DNA of 64,000 bases from Balanoglossus misakiensis (taxonomy: Eukaryota > Animalia > Hemichordata), in assembly GCA_040954595.2 (NCBI GenBank), contig CM082583.2:1560925-1624924 (forward strand), given 5' to 3'. How positions within the stretch are numbered: the stretch's first letter is position 1; every line of letters begins with the position of its first letter. Positions 61,871-64,000 of the stretch are shown piece after piece. The position numbers were made by a program, and so were the translations under genes. The notes under the pieces were generated by a model. It was not told where the DNA came from and did not search any database. It saw only the letters and a program-made list of their open reading frames with translations.

Positions 61871-63041
61871 TGTAGCCCGCATATTTTGCCATGGTATTTA
61901 GTACCGGTATATGACGACTAGCAAGGGAGTTGTATGTAATACGACCTAGCTAGGGGGTCTGTTTTTCGGAAAACTTTCTAGAACTTGAGTATGGCGTCAA
62001 TGATGAGTTTGATCGCCGATGCGGATTTTTGATCGAGGTGTTTTGGCGTGGTGAGTGTAACGACGGACCTGCTACTTCGAGGCAGACTCCCGCCGGGTCC
62101 GATGCCTAGGTAGATGCCGTATTGTCCCGGGATGGACTGTTTTCGCAGGGATATAGTCGTTCGGAATCACCACATGTGAGTAGGCGGATTTCGCGCACGT
62201 GACGCAGGGAAGGCTGAACTGTTTGTGTAGAGGCCTGCGGAGGATTTGGATGTTGCCCGTCGGGAGTGAAGACAGACATTTCGTAGTGAGTTGGTGTTGG
62301 TTTATTGACATTCTGTGCTTTCATGAGCAGTGCTTATTTCGTCCTTTGAACGTTTCTGGGACGATTCCAGTGAATTTTGCCGATTGATGAACAATAGACT
62401 GTGTAGGAGTGTCCCGGATGTAATCGTGTTCTTATTACCGGAGCTGGACGATTACACGAAGTTTGCCGAGCGCCCGAGTGACATCCGTGAAGCGACCACG
62501 CCCACAGACGTTGGAAGGTCGTAGCCTGGCATCCGCGCCTCGTCACGGACTTTCCTGAGTGTGACCGACATCGAGTTTCGTCACGTGTGTATCAGCCAGG
62601 ACGTTGAGTCGCGTTTGAACTTTTTTTATGTGTAACTACGGTAAAGTTCTGCAGGGAGAGAGACATTTATTTCTGTGAACATTTTGACTTGATCAGAGAT
62701 TTCTTGGAGAATCGATGCTGATATTTTCATATCATGTGTAGTGTGTGTTTGATTTTGAAGCCATAGTTTGTCAGCAATCCTTTTGAGAGTTTTACTGCAA
62801 AATATTGTAAGTTGAGTTTGATATAGTTGTCGGTCAACACTGTAGGTGTTGTATTAGTTAATACATCCTGTTCAACAATACATGAGAGTGTGGTAGTTTC
62901 TCATTTCACACCCTGCTCCCTGTTGTTGCAAACCTGTAAGTCAACTCCAAACGAAGAACCCCTGTGGCCCCCGCTCGAGAAATTAATTTGGCTGAGTTCC
63001 CTTGCGGCCTACACTATTTCCGTCGCGAAGAGCCGGTTACA
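61871..63041 (+). repeat. 3' LTR
   Basis: Same length as the 5' LTR, and the ORF-track translations of both LTRs are identical. Confidence 0.97.
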
Positions 63042-63778
63042 TAAGCTTACTGATAGGTATACATAAACATCTTATCGATGCCCGATTGTGACTGCATGTT
63101 GCAATTGGAACATGCTATGTATTAAAACGGTGCCTCACCGATTTAATCAGCCTTCATACAAACAATAGCAGCTAAGCAGCTATCGTGAAATGCGACGCCA
63201 AGTGATGACAAACCAATGCAAATGCAAGTAATATGGCTTAATGGTCACGGGTGAAGATTTTAGGGAATAGGGAATATACATATGAAGTATTTTACTCTGG
63301 AAAAAAATATGCCAATTTTAGCAGCTATAGGGTTTTTAAAGCGCGGGCGAAGTATGAACAGATGCAGTAAATATCGATACATTGTATTTTGGAGGTTTCT
63401 CATAACCATGATTGGTTGGCTTATTATGCGGCGTTTTCTAAATAAAAGGAACAATATTAATTTATTGTTGGGGCTCACCTCCGTTAACATCTTGCCGTCT
63501 CTGCTGAGTTTTGGCATCTTCCGGCGGCACGTGTTTGTCCTTTAGGGCATGCTGTAAAATATTTAGAATAGCGCTGCCATTTGATCAAAGGATAAGCTGG
63601 CTTCGCGTGTTAGGGATGTGTGTCTGACGACTATGCCTCGAAGCAAAAGACACAGCCGACCCTGCCACGCAGATTCATTTGTTGTGTCACACATTTTCGA
63701 TCCAAGAAGAGAATATCAACCTTGACGTTGCGAAAATGACAAGAAACTTTCACTCATATAGGTTGTGTGATTACTTAC

Positions 63779-63877
63779 CCGCAACTTGTTGGGAATTGCT
63801 GTCACCAGAGGTGCCCACAGCGTGAAAGCCAGAATGACTGCGACGCCTGCATTGGAGTTCGTCATGAATGGAAACAT
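63779..63877 (-). CDS. Putative first coding exon with signal peptide (probably of the minus-strand pentraxin gene)
   Basis: MFPFMTNSNAGVAVILAFTLWAPLVTAIPNKLR, followed by a consensus GTAAGT donor at 63778. Confidence 0.5.
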
Positions 63878-63928
63878 CGATGAACACGTTCGGTCTTCGA
63901 TGAGGCTAGTGTCCACAGAATAGGCATT

Positions 63929-63936
63929 CTTTTATA
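63929..63936 (-). promoter_or_regulatory. Candidate TATA box (TATAAAAG)
   Basis: Consensus TATAAAAG about 50 bp upstream of the signal-peptide ATG on the minus strand. Confidence 0.4.
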
Positions 63937-64000
63937 ACGCAGCTGGGAGGTGGTAAATCCATTGTGATCACCATGCTATTAGTAGCCCAAGCAGTCAAAA

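Larger units (their letters stand above)
54018..63041 (+). mobile_element. Full-length Ty3/Gypsy LTR retrotransposon (PNMA-like gag, non-chromovirus)
   Basis: Two 1171-bp TG...CA LTRs, TAAG 4-bp TSD (54014-54017, 63042-63045), PBS, PPT, gag, and pol in PR-RT-RH-IN order. Confidence 0.98.

Overview
This is AT-rich, intron-containing animal genomic DNA. The repeat styles suggest an invertebrate deuterostome such as a hemichordate, which is an inference. It is dominated by nested transposable elements. (1) The right part of a PIF/Harbinger (Pangu/HarbingerS-type) transposon at <1-7021 carries a spliced DDE transposase and a convergent Myb-like gene; a 2.8-kb foldback/MULE-like element with minisatellite arms and a 9-bp TSD is inserted in it. 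(2) A 1865-bp tandem macro-repeat follows, then a tRNA-like head, RPA-like OB-fold gene debris and Helentron-type repeats. (3) The 3' 14 exons of an Uninflatable/SVEP1-like single-pass receptor (LamG/pentraxin-HYR-sushi-ephrin_rec_like-EGF-TM, 17084-25616) carry a broken splice acceptor and an in-frame TAG just upstream of an NPxY motif. (4) A LINE RT remnant, a solo LTR and a 5.1-kb 82-86-bp satellite with higher-order structure come next. (5) A set of nested inverted repeats spans 38.7-46.4 kb. (6) A decayed minus-strand pentraxin-domain gene is split by a young 341-bp-TIR element with a 5-bp TSD and by a full-length Gypsy element with apparently identical 1171-bp LTRs (54018-63041). No CRISPR, rRNA or prokaryotic system is evident. 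All alignments and translations were done by eye.
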